NCBI GenBank assembly: GCA_051942205.1
Contig: JAVECO010000003.1
Span: 124,001 to 188,000, forward strand
Direction: 5' to 3'
Length of the DNA stretch: 64,000 bases
Source of the DNA: Coniocarpon cinnabarinum
Lineage: Eukaryota
Each line of letters begins with the position of its first letter. Position 1 is the stretch's first letter. Positions 47,499 to 59,520 of this stretch are shown here, piece after piece. Position numbers and translations under genes: made by a program. Below the pieces are notes generated by a model. The model saw nothing but the letters and a program-made list of their open reading frames with translations. It searched no databases and was not told where the DNA came from.

Positions 47499-48020
47499 TC
47501 AGCGCATTGGACAGAGAGGTGACAAGAGATGCGCAGAGTCTTGACGATGGGAAGAGCAAGACGAAAGGACGAGGGGCGTGCGCATGAAGAGAGAGGAAGA
47601 GAGATGAGGTGGAGCGGAGTGAGTGACCAGCTCACCGCACAGAGCAAGATTCGGCTCCTTTTTCGCGATCGCGTGTCACAGGGCGGAGTGGGGCCCGCTA
47701 AGATCCTAGCGCCGCTAGCTCACTAGCGTACCCGCCGCCACCACCACGCGTCACCCATCGTGCCATCTCCCCACAATCGGATCATCTAAACCAGCACCAT
47801 GCCCTCGGTGTCTCTCCGATTTGATTCCCTCCATCAGCCTCTCTCTTCGTCTTCGAATTGCACGCATTGTGACCACAACATCTTCCACCGCAATGAAGAC
47901 GTTGCCTCATGCAGGCTGATCTCACGAGCCTGGATCGTGCCTGCTTGCCCTGATCTTGGGGTTCCCTCCCAGCGGATTGGTATTTGCTGGACCTTGCCGT
48001 GATTCTCCTGCGCCACGCAC

Positions 48021-49382
48021 ATGATGCACCTTCTACGATCTGCTTCAAACCTCGAAGCCAGTATCGCCCTGACTTTCGGGCTTTTCGGTATGCATCTGAT
48101 ATGTGGACGGACTGGCAACTAGACGGCATGAACCAATCTAATTCGACTAGGCCTGATCAACAATGTGCTCTACGTCGTCATCCTTTCGGCCGCCGTAGAC
48201 CTAGTCCCGGCCAATGTCCCCAAGGGCATCGTTCTTTTCGCAGATATCCTGCCCGCCTTTGCAGCAAAGCTAGTCGCGCCTTACTTCATCAACGTCATCC
48301 CGTATGGGGCCCGCCTCTTCTTGTGTGCAGTGCTGTCGGCTGCAGGGATGCTGCTCGTAGCGCATACACCGAGCATCGTGATCAAGCTCTTTGGCATTGG
48401 CATCGCCAGTCTCTCTAGCGGTCTGGGCGAACTCACCTTTCTGGGACTTACACACTTCTATGGTCGCAGTAGCCTTGCGGGCTTCTCCTCAGGCACTGGC
48501 GCTGCAGGTCTTGTGGGCGCAGGGTATTATGCGTTTGCAACCACGTCCTTGGGCATCAGTACTCAAGTGACGATCGATCTTTCCGCCATGCTGCCAGCTT
48601 TCATGCTGCTCGGCTATTCTGTAGGCCTACCCAGCCCCAAATCTGTAGCCTATCACAGTGCAGTGTACTCGTCAGCTCGGCAACGAAGTGATACGGATAG
48701 AGCTGAGGAGCGGACGAGGATTCTCGAAGAGGAGCCTGCGGTTCTGTCCGCCCAGCAAAATGTTCACTCTACGTCGAGTGCGCAAGGCTGCAGTTCACGC
48801 GAACTGGCTCAACAAGACGTCTGGACTGATTTACACGCCAACTTAGGCCGAGCTCGTAGATTGATCTATCCGTACATGTTGCCACTTTTCTTGGTTTATT
48901 CGGCGGAGTATGTCGCCATCAGCGCCGTCGCTCCAACGTTGTTGTTTCCTACCTCTCAATCACCCTTCAAGAATTTCCGCGACTTCTATCCTGCTTACCA
49001 AGCGCTTTATCAGGCTGGTGTCTTCATCTCCAGAAGCTCAATCCTCTTTCTGCGCCTCAAGAACATCTACACACCATCACTTCTTCAGATCGTCAACCTT
49101 GCGATACTGATTTTGCAGGCGCTCCTGTACTTCCTGCCAAGCGTGTGGATGGTGTTTGGCATCTTCTTTTGGACCGGCTTGCTGGGCGGGGCTGTGTACG
49201 TCAATGCGTTCGCCAAGATCAGTGATGAGGTTGAGGAATACGAGCGAGAATTTAGCCTCAGTGCTACGACTGTAGCGGATTCGACCGGTATCCTCTTAGC
49301 CAGCGTGACTGCGCTGACAGTTGAGCCTGGCCTATGTGGCTACCAGAAAGCGCATGGTCGTACTTGGTGTGAACTAGTGTGA
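48021..49382 (+). CDS. BTN1: Battenin/CLN3 homolog
   Basis: Exon 1 MMHLLRSASNLEASIALTFGLF/GLINNVLYVVILSAA across intron ~48088-48150; SSGLGELTFL, SSGTGAAGLVGA, YQAGVFISRSS, GLLGGAVYVN. Confidence 0.9.
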
Positions 49383-49424
49383 TGGCATACCACTGCTCAG
49401 CTCGGAGAAAATGTGGTCCACTGT

Positions 49425-49886
49425 TCAAAAATCAGACACTCGTCCGTTGAAGCTCCAGTCACCCTCCATTTGTTGCCATCTTATCGGGTTGTTCTTTGGA
49501 CCGCCAATTTCCCCAGTATCGGGGTTGGTGTCGCCATCAAATTCAGGAGCTGCGCCTCTCCGTACATTTGGATGGAGCTCATCACCTTTTCTAACGTCGG
49601 CTTTGATGGGTTTCTCCATTGATCCTTGATCCGTCTGCGCGGCATTGACATTTGTGTCGGATTGGGATGAAGAAGCATCTGCACTGGACTGTGGCGATTG
49701 ATTGATCTTCGGAGGCTGTCGTGGAGTTGAGAAGGCACCCATAGACTGTTTTTGCAGTTGTTCGAAAATCTCCTGCTCTTCTTTCGGCAGTCTCGGCGGA
49801 GCGGGTTGAGGCGACCAGGCCGTCAGACGCAACGAGGACGTAGAGAATAGACGACGACTATGCGAGCGTGCCGCACGCGAGAGCAT
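49425..49886 (-). CDS. SDH8: Succinate dehydrogenase assembly factor 4 (DUF1674)
   Basis: Mitochondrial presequence MLSRAARS; PPRLPKEEQ, EFDGDTNPDTGEIGGPK, GDWSFNGRVSDF. Confidence 0.92.
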   Translation of the reverse strand: MLSRAARSHSRRLFSTSSLRLTAWSPQPAPPRLPKEEQEIFEQLQKQSMGAFSTPRQPPKINQSPQSSADASSSQSDTNVNAAQTDQGSMEKPIKADVRKGDELHPNVRRGAAPEFDGDTNPDTGEIGGPKNNPIRWQQMEGDWSFNGRVSDF

Positions 49887-50228
49887 TTTGCAAGCAAATG
49901 CTAGTACCCTAAGAGGTGATGAAGAGGTGACGTTGGGAAGACGATTCAAGCAAACAAACCTCAGGCAAATCAGAGGTCTCGGCCTTGGCAGATCACGAGG
50001 ATCGAAGCCGAGGCCATGACGTCTATCGATATCCGCGCGACTGGGCGCTTGCGGCGCTTATCCCCGATTTGGCCCCAGCCGCTCGTCCATTGACGTGGTG
50101 GCGTGGTGGCTAATAAATTTCTAAGTCACGCTTGCTCATTTTCCCCTCCGTCCTTCATATGGTACGAGAAGGTCTGCGACAGCTCTGCGGCAAAAGTTAT
50201 TCGCAACACACGCCAACACGCTGGTGCC

Positions 50229-52493
50229 ATGGACCATATCAAGAAGACCTTCGCGAAATGTCGTGCGGAGGGTCGTCCGGCTCTGGTTACTTACGTAACT
50301 GCAGGCTACCGGACGAAAGATGAGACCCCAGAGATCATGTTGGGCATGGAAGCTGGTGGTGCCGATGTCATCGAACTGGGTATGCCATTTACGGACCCAA
50401 TTGCAGATGGTCCAACAATACAGCAGAGCAACGTAGTGGCGCTTAGGAATGGTATCAATCTTCCTGATATTCTGGACATGGTCCGCAGTGCAAGACAAAG
50501 AGGTCTGCGTGCACCTGTATTACTGATGGGCTACTATAATCCTGTGCTCGCATACGGAGAAGAAAGACTGTTCAAGGAAGCAGCAGACGCTGGCATCGCC
50601 GGCTGGATCATTGCAGACCTGCCCCCCGAAGAAGCTGTCCGTTTTCGAAACCTTGCTCGCAAGAGAGGTCAATCATTCGTCCCATTGATCGCTCCGAGCA
50701 CGACCGATGCCCGCATGAAACTGCTTTGTAAGATTGCAGACTCGTTCATCTACGTCGTTAGTCGGATGGGGGTTACAGGTGCAACAGGCACTCTGAATTC
50801 CGCACTTCCAGACTTGCTTGAGCGAGTGCATAAGTACTCAGACAATACCCCTGCAGCTGTTGGATTTGGCGTAAGCACCCGCGGTCATTTTCTGAGCGTA
50901 GCTTCGATCTCAGAGGGTGTCGTGATCGGCAGCCAAGTCATCAATGTTATTAAAGAATCAACCTCAAAGGACGTCAGGACCAACGTAGAAGACTACTGCG
51001 CTTCGGTAACGCAACGGAGACCCGGCAATCATGTGCAGTCCTCGACGACCACTGGTGTCAACGAGGAGACTGGTGCAAATGGCGTGTATGACAATCTGGA
51101 TCCCAAAGAACCCGACGGTGTGTCAGTGGATAAAGTACTTACAGAGAAAGACACACCTGACGAGCCTGGACTTGCTGATCAATTCGATGCTCTTCAAACA
51201 GAAGGAAAGGCGGATCCTGACAAAGTGCCCGCCCGCTTCGGTGAATTTGGCGGCCAATACATTCCCGAGTCTTTGATGACAGCCATTGTGGAATTAGAGG
51301 CTGGATTTCAAAAAGCTTTGCGAGACCCTTCGTTCTGGGAGGAGTACCGAAGCTACTATCCATACATGGGCCGACCAGGTCATTTGCATCTGGCAGACCG
51401 TTTGACAGCGGAAGCGGGAGGTGCTAACATTTGGTTAAAGCGTGAAGACTTGAATCATACCGGCAGTCATAAGATCAACAATGCTATTGGGCAGGCCTTG
51501 ATTGCCAGGAGGTTGGGTAAGACCGAAATAATCGCAGAGACTGGCGCTGGACAGCATGGCGTGGCAACAGCAACCGTGTGTGCCAAGTTCGGCATGAAGT
51601 GCACCATCTACATGGGCGCGGAGGATGTGAGGAGGCAGGCTCTCAATGTTTTCCGTATGAAGATATTAGGTGCATCAGTGGTAGCCGTGGAGGCGGGTTC
51701 GAGAACACTCAGAGATGCGGTCAACGAGTGTATGCGCGCCTGGGTGGTGAATCTCGACACGACACACTACATCATCGGCTCCGCGCTTGGACCACATCCC
51801 TTCCCTACGATGGTACGAACATTCCAATCAATCATTGGCGAAGAGACCAAGGCACAGATGCGGGAGAAGCGAGGCAAGCTGCCGGACGCTGTTGTGGCTT
51901 GTGTAGGCGGTGGCAGTAACGCTTCGGGCATGTTTGCACCGTTTGAGCACGATACAAGTGTCAAGCTGCTAGGAGTGGAGCCGGGTGGTGACGGTCTTGA
52001 TTCAAAACGGCACGGAGCAGCACTTTCCTCGGGATGGGGAGGACAAAAAGGGGTGCTGCATGGTATGCGAACGTATATTTTGCAGGACTCACATGGGCAA
52101 ATCTCAGAGACACACTCAATCTCAGCAGGACTCGACTATCCCGGAGTGGGACCGGAGCTGTCGAGTTGGAAGGACACGGAGCGAGCCAAGTTCATTGCAG
52201 CGACCGACGCCGAGGCAATGGAAGGCTTCCGGCTGCTGAGCCAATACGAAGGCATCATTCCAGCTCTTGAGACCGCGCACGCTGTTTTTGCGGCTGTGGA
52301 GCTGGCCAAGACGATGAAGAAGGACGAGGACATAGTCATTTGCCTCAGCGGTCGGGGAGACAAAGATGTGCAAAGTGTAGCAGATGAGCTACCAAGGCTG
52401 GGACCTCAAATTGGATGGAATCTGAGATGTAAGTGGCAATCCATCACCTAGCATCGTCCTATTTGCGAGGTCGCTGACTCATGTCCAGTCTGA
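50229..52493 (+). CDS. TRP5: Tryptophan synthase, fused alpha-beta
   Basis: [67 protein letters not shown] terminal intron (~52429-52488) gives ...LRF-stop. Confidence 0.97.
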
Positions 52494-53028
52494 TGGTCGA
52501 ACGTAATGCTGGCGGAGGTAATGTAAGACTAGAGGTGTCATCAATACCTACTGGATCAACACTGCACCAATGGGGTTTTGCGAGCCAGCTCAAGCGGGGC
52601 TGACTATTTGCACCTCAATCGTGTCTGTCACAGGATACGAGCGTCGCAAGTGTCCAGCATCTGGTGCACTGCATAACTGATGTACTGCGTGCACGTCAGG
52701 CTACGCCGCAGCACTTACCGGGCAGAGGGGTGGAGGGCATCGTCACCACCTGCCTGATGGAACACTTCCCCTGAAGACCCTGGTCTGCACCGTTGCGCTA
52801 GGCGCGTGTCATTACATTGGTCCGTGCTCTCTCCATGAACTGCAACCTTTTGGTATTACTCTGATGCACGCCATCTGCACATCATACGCTCAGTGCTGTG
52901 CGGACTGTAAGACATGTCTTTAACTGTCCGATGAAATGTCACCTCTTGGAACCTGTACCTCACGCCCTACCGCCAGCAGCGCTTCGAAACAGCAGCGGCT
53001 CTTTGATTAGAGTCGCAATCTTGGAACC

Positions 53029-56000
53029 ATGGCCGACGAAGTGCGGACCCCAATGTCGGAGGCGCAAGATGATGTGCGTCACAGCAATCTTGAGGTCTGT
53101 TGACATCTCGAATGCTTACGATCATGCAGAATTTCGAAGAAGCCGTCGAAGAAGCGACCCTCGACAATGCCTCTAACAAGGAAAAGCCAGAAGACTCCTC
53201 CAAAGTGCCGGGCGGCTTTGACTTTGGATTGAGCAGCACTGATACTGCCTCGACGAGCAGCGATAAACAGGAAAAGGTCGATGTGCCGCAGTCCAGAGAA
53301 CAAGTAATTTCTACGGCTCAGAATGCAGAGACACAGGCGCCGCAATCCGAGAGCAGCCTGCAAGCGACTCCAACTGATGTGTATGCATCTGAGGGCAACT
53401 TTGCAGCTGCTCACGAGCAGGCCGATATACCAGAGAACCATGACGCTAAGTCGAACGAGGAGAAAGGAGACTCGAACTTGGAACGAGACGTAGAAGTGAC
53501 TACGAAGAGCAGGAGCCACACGCCCAGCGCCTCGAAAGGTAAGTGCCACCCGTGAAGATCAGACATTCAAGCAGTCTGGAATATCTCACTCACCTCCCTT
53601 GTAGACTCGGTGCACTCCATCCAAACATCTCCGCAAGCCAATGGCCATGCGAAGACCCCTTCCCTTGAGAAAACCCCACCAACACCCTCGAATGCTGCCC
53701 CCGAACCCGAGAACCCAGCCCACTCTCGACAAGCCTCAACAGAGCTGTCTGTTCCATCCAAGCAAGACGCCCCCAAAGAGAGCGCTATCGACGACCAATC
53801 ATCGACCTCTGCTCATGGTGAAGAGATGGACGAGGAGCAGGAGCCGCCTGTGAGACGCCTCATGCGGAGTCCCTTTTCCTTCTTCTCACGTAGCGGCACT
53901 GTCTCAGAAAAATTGAAGTCCCCGCCACTCCAGGCTCGACGAGGAACTGCGTCGTCTATTGCGACCATGGATGGTGGCAGCGCGCCCAAACAAGAAGATG
54001 CTGAGAAGTCGAGGACACCTCATCGAAACAGTCTCAAGGATCGATTCAAGTTATTGCGGATGCAAGAGGAGGCTGGCATCAAGTGGGTTGGCGACGCAGA
54101 TTCCAAGCGGCCTTCTTCGTCCTCCTCAGGAGTTGACATGAGTGCGATGCTTCCACCACGAGAGGAAGAAGAGGACGAACAGCAAGAGCACGCAGATGAC
54201 GTACAGAAGAAGCTGAGGCCGAGAACAACAAGTGCAGCCGATGTGCTGGGTCCAGCTGGTCAACCCACTGTTCGGGAAGAGCTCGCTCCTGGCACTGCCG
54301 TGGGCACTGCTGCCGGTCCTGCGACAGAAAAGAACCAAGAAGTCGATTGGGATTTGTGGCAAGCGGTAGTGTATCAGGGTCCCGCTGCAGTCGCTCGTAC
54401 CAGTCCGGATGAGCTCAACATCGCGATTGCCGCAGGAATACCTAGCGCTATACGTGGCGTGGTCTGGCAAGTATTGGCACAAAGCTCCAATGCCGAGCTT
54501 GAAGGAATCTACAAGGAGCTGGTGAAGAGAGGGAATGATGTCAAGCAAAAGTCCCCCATGCCCAGTGGCTTAAGCCGGACAACCAGCATACTGCGATCTC
54601 GACCATCGGTATTAAGAAAGAACTCAAGTCCACGGAATCGTTCAAGTAGCAACAGACGTGATCCCAGTCAAAGCAATGAGAAGACAGCAAACGGTATTGC
54701 CAAGCATGATGGCGCAAAAGAAGCGGAGCCGGATTTGACCCCATCAACATCTAATCAATCAGCTGTCGCAAGTCCGCCAAGCGAGACTCACGTGGATGGA
54801 AGTTCAATGTCTGCCCACACAGCCCCAACAAACGGCGTGAATGGCCACGACGCGCAATCGTCGAACGAAGACAAGTCACTTGATGACGAGGAAGAGAGGA
54901 AAAGAAACGATGAGCAGGAAAAGATTTCCAAGCTAGAGCGAGCTATCAGAAGAGATCTGGGGGCACGCACCAGCTACTCCAAGTTTTTGATGAGTGCTGG
55001 TCTACAAAATGGCTTGTTTGGCATGTGCAAGGCCTACGCGCTGTACGATGAGGAGGTTGGCTATGCACAAGGCATGAACTTCATTGCCATGCCCCTGCTA
55101 TTCAATGTAAGTTGACGGATATAACCGCTGTGATCTGACCTCTCACTTACCGCTGCCAGATGCCCGAGGAGGAAGCCTTTTGTCTGTTCGACCGCCTAAT
55201 GAAACATTACCACCTGCGAGACATGTTTGTACACGACATGCCTGGCCTGCACTTGCATCTGTACCAGTTTGAGCGATTGCTAGAAGATTTCGAGCCTGCA
55301 GTCTATTGTCATCTCCACCGGCGTGGTGTCACCCCACAGCTCTACGCCACTCAGTGGTTTCTCACCTTATTCGCATACCGCTTCCCCCTTCAACTTGTGC
55401 TACGCATTTACGATTTGATTTTGTCCGAAGGCCTGGAATCTGCCATCTTGAAGTTTGGTATCGTACTGATGCAGAAGAATGCGGAAAAGCTGCTCGAGAT
55501 GAAGGACATGGCCGTTTTGACAACATATCTTAAAGAGCGACTTTTCGACGTCTACATTGATAAATCTCCCTCAGCTTCGTCTGTCCTCGAGTCCGGCTTT
55601 TTCGGTAGTGCCGGAGGTATTGACAAAGAAGTCTATAAAGCCGATGCACTCGTTCAAGACGCGTGTGCTGTCAAGGTCTCGTCGGAATTGCTCAAGCAAT
55701 ACACGAGGGAATGGGAAGAGAAGACACGTGAAGAGAAAGCAAAATCGGCAGAAGAGGACGCACTTCGATCATCAAATCAGTCTCTTAGCCTGCAGGTCAA
55801 GAACCTCGAGGAGCGTAGTCAGAAATTCGACACAGAGCATGTACAGATTGCGCAGACGCTTGTGCACACTCAACTCGAAAATCAAAAGCTCTCGGATGAC
55901 AACGAATCCTTGCGGACGCAAATACAAGAGCTCCGATCGATTGTGTCCGCTCAACCGGGCGAGGTGGAGGAAAAGCTAAGAGCCGAGACGGAGCGCATCA

Positions 56001-56194
56001 TCCAGCGCAATGCCGAAGTTCAGAACGCAAACAGGCATTTGGAGGAATCCATGACCGAGATGGAGAACGAGCTGGTAGCGTCGAAGCTCAAGGCTGCGCA
56101 AATGGAAGAGCAGTTGGAGGATTTGAGAGCCAAGTGGGTTAACATTAGCCAGGTGATGAGGGGCGAAGCGAAGGGAAGCCCGAAGCTGGGGTGA
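53029..56194 (+). CDS. GYP5: TBC-domain Rab GTPase-activating protein with C-terminal coiled coil (Gyp5-like)
   Basis: GIPSAIRGVVWQ, IRRDLGART, VGYAQGMNFIAMPLL, LYATQWFLTLFAYRFP. Micro-exon ATGGCCGACGAA at 53029 plus introns near 53041, 53539 and 55107. Confidence 0.88.
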
Positions 56195-59100
56195 TGCAGA
56201 AACAGCTTGCACAGTTGGTCGCTATTGGAAAAGCGAGAGTGGCAAATGCATAGGGCAAGGCGTTGTTGGTCAGTACAAGGTCATGGCTGTACAGACGGAT
56301 ACGATGTATAATATGATGCGTATATTATTCTGGAGCCAGCTGAGAGCTCCGGTCTACCATGAAATGACTGCATATCTCACGATGAGTAAAACCCAGGTGA
56401 TGCATATTGCATAGCTCACTTTGGACCTTGCAGATGTCAAAGGGCAAAAGTTTGTTGCTGTGAAAGAGGTTCATGATCGGATTGCTTGTCACGTGAATTT
56501 CCGCTCGTCGGTTTCATCCTACCATTCACATGCGCAATCCTCACAGCATAATATTCGAATCTATGTCAAGACTTCTGCATCGTAGTAGCTCGCGAGTAAG
56601 ACTTCTCTATTACGAGGAGACGTCGCCCTGATGTCCGCTTTACAAGCGACAAATACTGAGCCGAGGTCCTGGCAGCGCGGTCTATGATATTCGTCGGTTC
56701 CGAAGGAACCGGCGCAACGTGTTAAATAAAGAGACGTGCCTGACATTGTAATCACGTGGTAGATTCAATACCTTCACCTTACCCGCGCGTGATTGCCTCG
56801 CGCTCGCTCGAGAGCTTCACAAGATCGAATGATAGCTTCGCTCCAGCGTCGCAGGAAATGCATCAAGAAGCGTCAAGGGATCTATGTTCTCAATAGCTTG
56901 ACGATCGACGTAGAGTTGTTTGGTGAAACGGGCTTTTGTGCGCCAAGACTTTCCATCGCTCCCCAGAATTACCTCTTTAAGTATGCCGTGACAAGTTTCT
57001 ATCAATAGAAAGAGTCAAAACTGCGGCAGCGAACCTTCTCATTTCTCAAAGCTTCCCCTTTCTAGTTACGGGTTGTGCACATTTCCACTTGAAACCATCT
57101 TCTGAGGATGCTGCCCCGTGTGGAAATGCACAGACTGCCGAGATTACTTCGTCCCGGTCTCAACAACGGCGTCGACAATCGTTGCGCGAGCACTCGTTCC
57201 AGTTTTCCGGCTAAGAAAGGACAGTTGATACTTCTCGTTGAAGAGCTCGACAGCCAGATTTGGGCTTGCACTTCAGTTCACCTGGTCGTGCTTACTTCAT
57301 GAGGTAGTTCCTGCGCTCTGCGCGCGTGCCATGACGCAGCCGCCGTCAAAGCGATGTGTTGGCGTTTTCCTCGGATCTGGTCGGATCGTGCTGTGCCGAC
57401 GAAGAACTCTGATGTGTTGGAGAGCATCTTGCTCAGCCATGTTCGACGGCATGAACGTTTGAGAACGTGGAGCAGGCACTTGAATCCTTGATGGTAGGTA
57501 GGGCTGAGATCTAGCCAGAGCCTTGACATACATATAAGTAGTGCGATGGGGTCGTGTACTGGCCAAGCTGTCATTATCATATCCTAGCATATCGAAGCAA
57601 AAAGCGTGACTCAATTTCTGCGTCTCATCCTCGCAGCTTATCCCCAGTCTTTGATCTCTTTCCTTGCGAAAAACAATCACGCATCTTTGCCCGCACCTTT
57701 TGCCACTCTCCGAGGACGACCTACAAAGGCATACCGGCAACTCTGCATTGTTATTAGTTGATTTGCTATGTCTGCCATGATTGTACAGGTAAACCTTCTT
57801 TCTTATTCTAGGACCACTCGTTGGTGGAACTAACTCAAGACTCAGTTTCTTCTTGTCGCAGCCCTTACCCTTCGCGCTCATTGTTCTTCCGGACCTTACG
57901 CAGTTGACATTACAACCTACCCTCTTGGTGAAAACCCATGTACGCCCGGCGCGCAGACGGCTTCTCCCGGTGACACCAACGATCTCAAGACTCTGGGCGA
58001 TTGCATTAAGACAAGCGCGCCCGCCGATCAAATCAAGTGGGCTGCGGACACTGGCGGCTTGATGATAGGGTTGTTCGCGTCCGATAATTGTGTAGGTCCC
58101 TATCGGGAATTCATGGTGACAGTCGACAATAAGGACATAGGTATCGGCTGTGAGATTTTGTCGGAGCTGGGCGACAACCCAAAGGTGACGACGTTTTCGT
58201 CTGTGAGGCTGATGGCGGATTGTAATGGTGCCGCGTGCAAGTGGTCAGAGCCTTGGTATTAGCTTTCGGTAGACTGGCGTCTAACATTTGTGTCACTTGT
58301 CATAGGGAATGATTGATGGAATCTCATTTAGTATGCCCAGTACCCGAAGTCCTGCATTTTGCTATCTACTTATCACGCCACGCCGACGCTCACACAGTTG
58401 GGTTGGGATAAGGAATCGACTTGGATCTATCAAGCAGAGTGCCTTGACCACAGCAACATCAAGTCTCGACGGGCTTGGCATGTCAGCGACATGGCTTCTG
58501 ACACTCACGCACGCAGCTGCAGCCCCGCAGATTCAACTTCTGGCTTGTGCAAATTGGTCGTGCCATGTAGAGACCTGTAAACCAGTTTTTGCATCCAAAG
58601 ATCTTTGGCCCACAGCTACACATCGCTGCAGATCCTTGCAGTTCAGCGGTCAACGTTCATATCTGTCAAGGCTAGCGAAGTGACAGTGGCTCACTGCGCT
58701 CTCTGCTGGCTCGCAAAATACTTGGAAAATCGTTGCATAGCGCGAAAAATGGCGTACGACGATGGTCTCTAAGCCACACGTCCCAGCTATCTCCTGAAAT
58801 AGTACTTTGCCTCCATTGTCCAGGAATAGGGCGGGTAGTTATGCGTCCGTGGATGAAATACAGAAACCATAACTTACTGTGCCGCGGACTCACCGCACAT
58901 TATTGCTAGGGGAACGAAAATGGGTAGGCTGACGTCGACAGCAGTGCTTGAGTGGCCTGGCCATTTTTGTAACATTTCCATGTCTGCATCAAGAATAAGA
59001 GGACCGAGTAATCATCATGGACGGCGTCACGAATCCGCACGGCTTTTGCATTATCATGCTGTTGCTAGCTAAGATCACCGTCCATCTGGTCGGCACTCCT

Positions 59101-59235
59101 CATGACTCGGCGATTTCCACTCTAGCTTTACGTCTTTGTTTGCTACTTGCAGCATTCAATTCGTGGCACAGGCCTGAAATATCCTGAAATTTTAGGTATC
59201 GCGGCAGGAGACGACCGAAAGTGATACAGGCGTGG

Positions 59236-59246
59236 TCGGTCGCCGA
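59236..59246. promoter_or_regulatory. Zn2Cys6 binding site TCGGN3CCGA (GliZ/SirZ-type consensus)
   Basis: TCGGTCGCCGA lies 275-285 bp upstream of the NRPS ATG. Near-matches at 59300-59310 (TCGGCTGCCGC) and 59360-59370 (TCGGGCCCCGG). Confidence 0.65.
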
Positions 59247-59520
59247 TGGAAGCCGCAGTGATGTGTGGCCGGCGAGCGACATCGAACCCTACCCACAAGT
59301 CGGCTGCCGCTCGTACACAATCGTACATTTAGTGGCTGTTGGATCCCAGCGACATCTCCTCGGGCCCCGGCGCGGTCGTTCTTTTGGGCGAAACTAGTGC
59401 ATCATGCAAGCTCAACGCAATCTTGGGCCAGGATTAGGTCAGGACCTGCAACAGCATCCCACAATGTACCATCACAACGTGTCAAATTGAGTCACACGCT
59501 GCAAACGCATACGTGACATC

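Noticed and set aside
47799..48002. 67-aa ORF upstream of and in frame with BTN1
   Set aside because: It ends in TGA before the BTN1 ATG and has no battenin similarity; could be a uORF but nothing supports function.
50229..52493. TRP5 as a precursor-supply gene of the NRPS cluster
   Set aside because: It looks like the ordinary housekeeping copy among SDH8/BTN1/GYP5 and is separated from the NRPS by GYP5; no evidence of co-regulation.
57297..58031. 244-aa minus-strand ORF
   Set aside because: Non-ATG start, no recognisable motif and composition typical of a spurious ORF; cannot be supported as a CDS.
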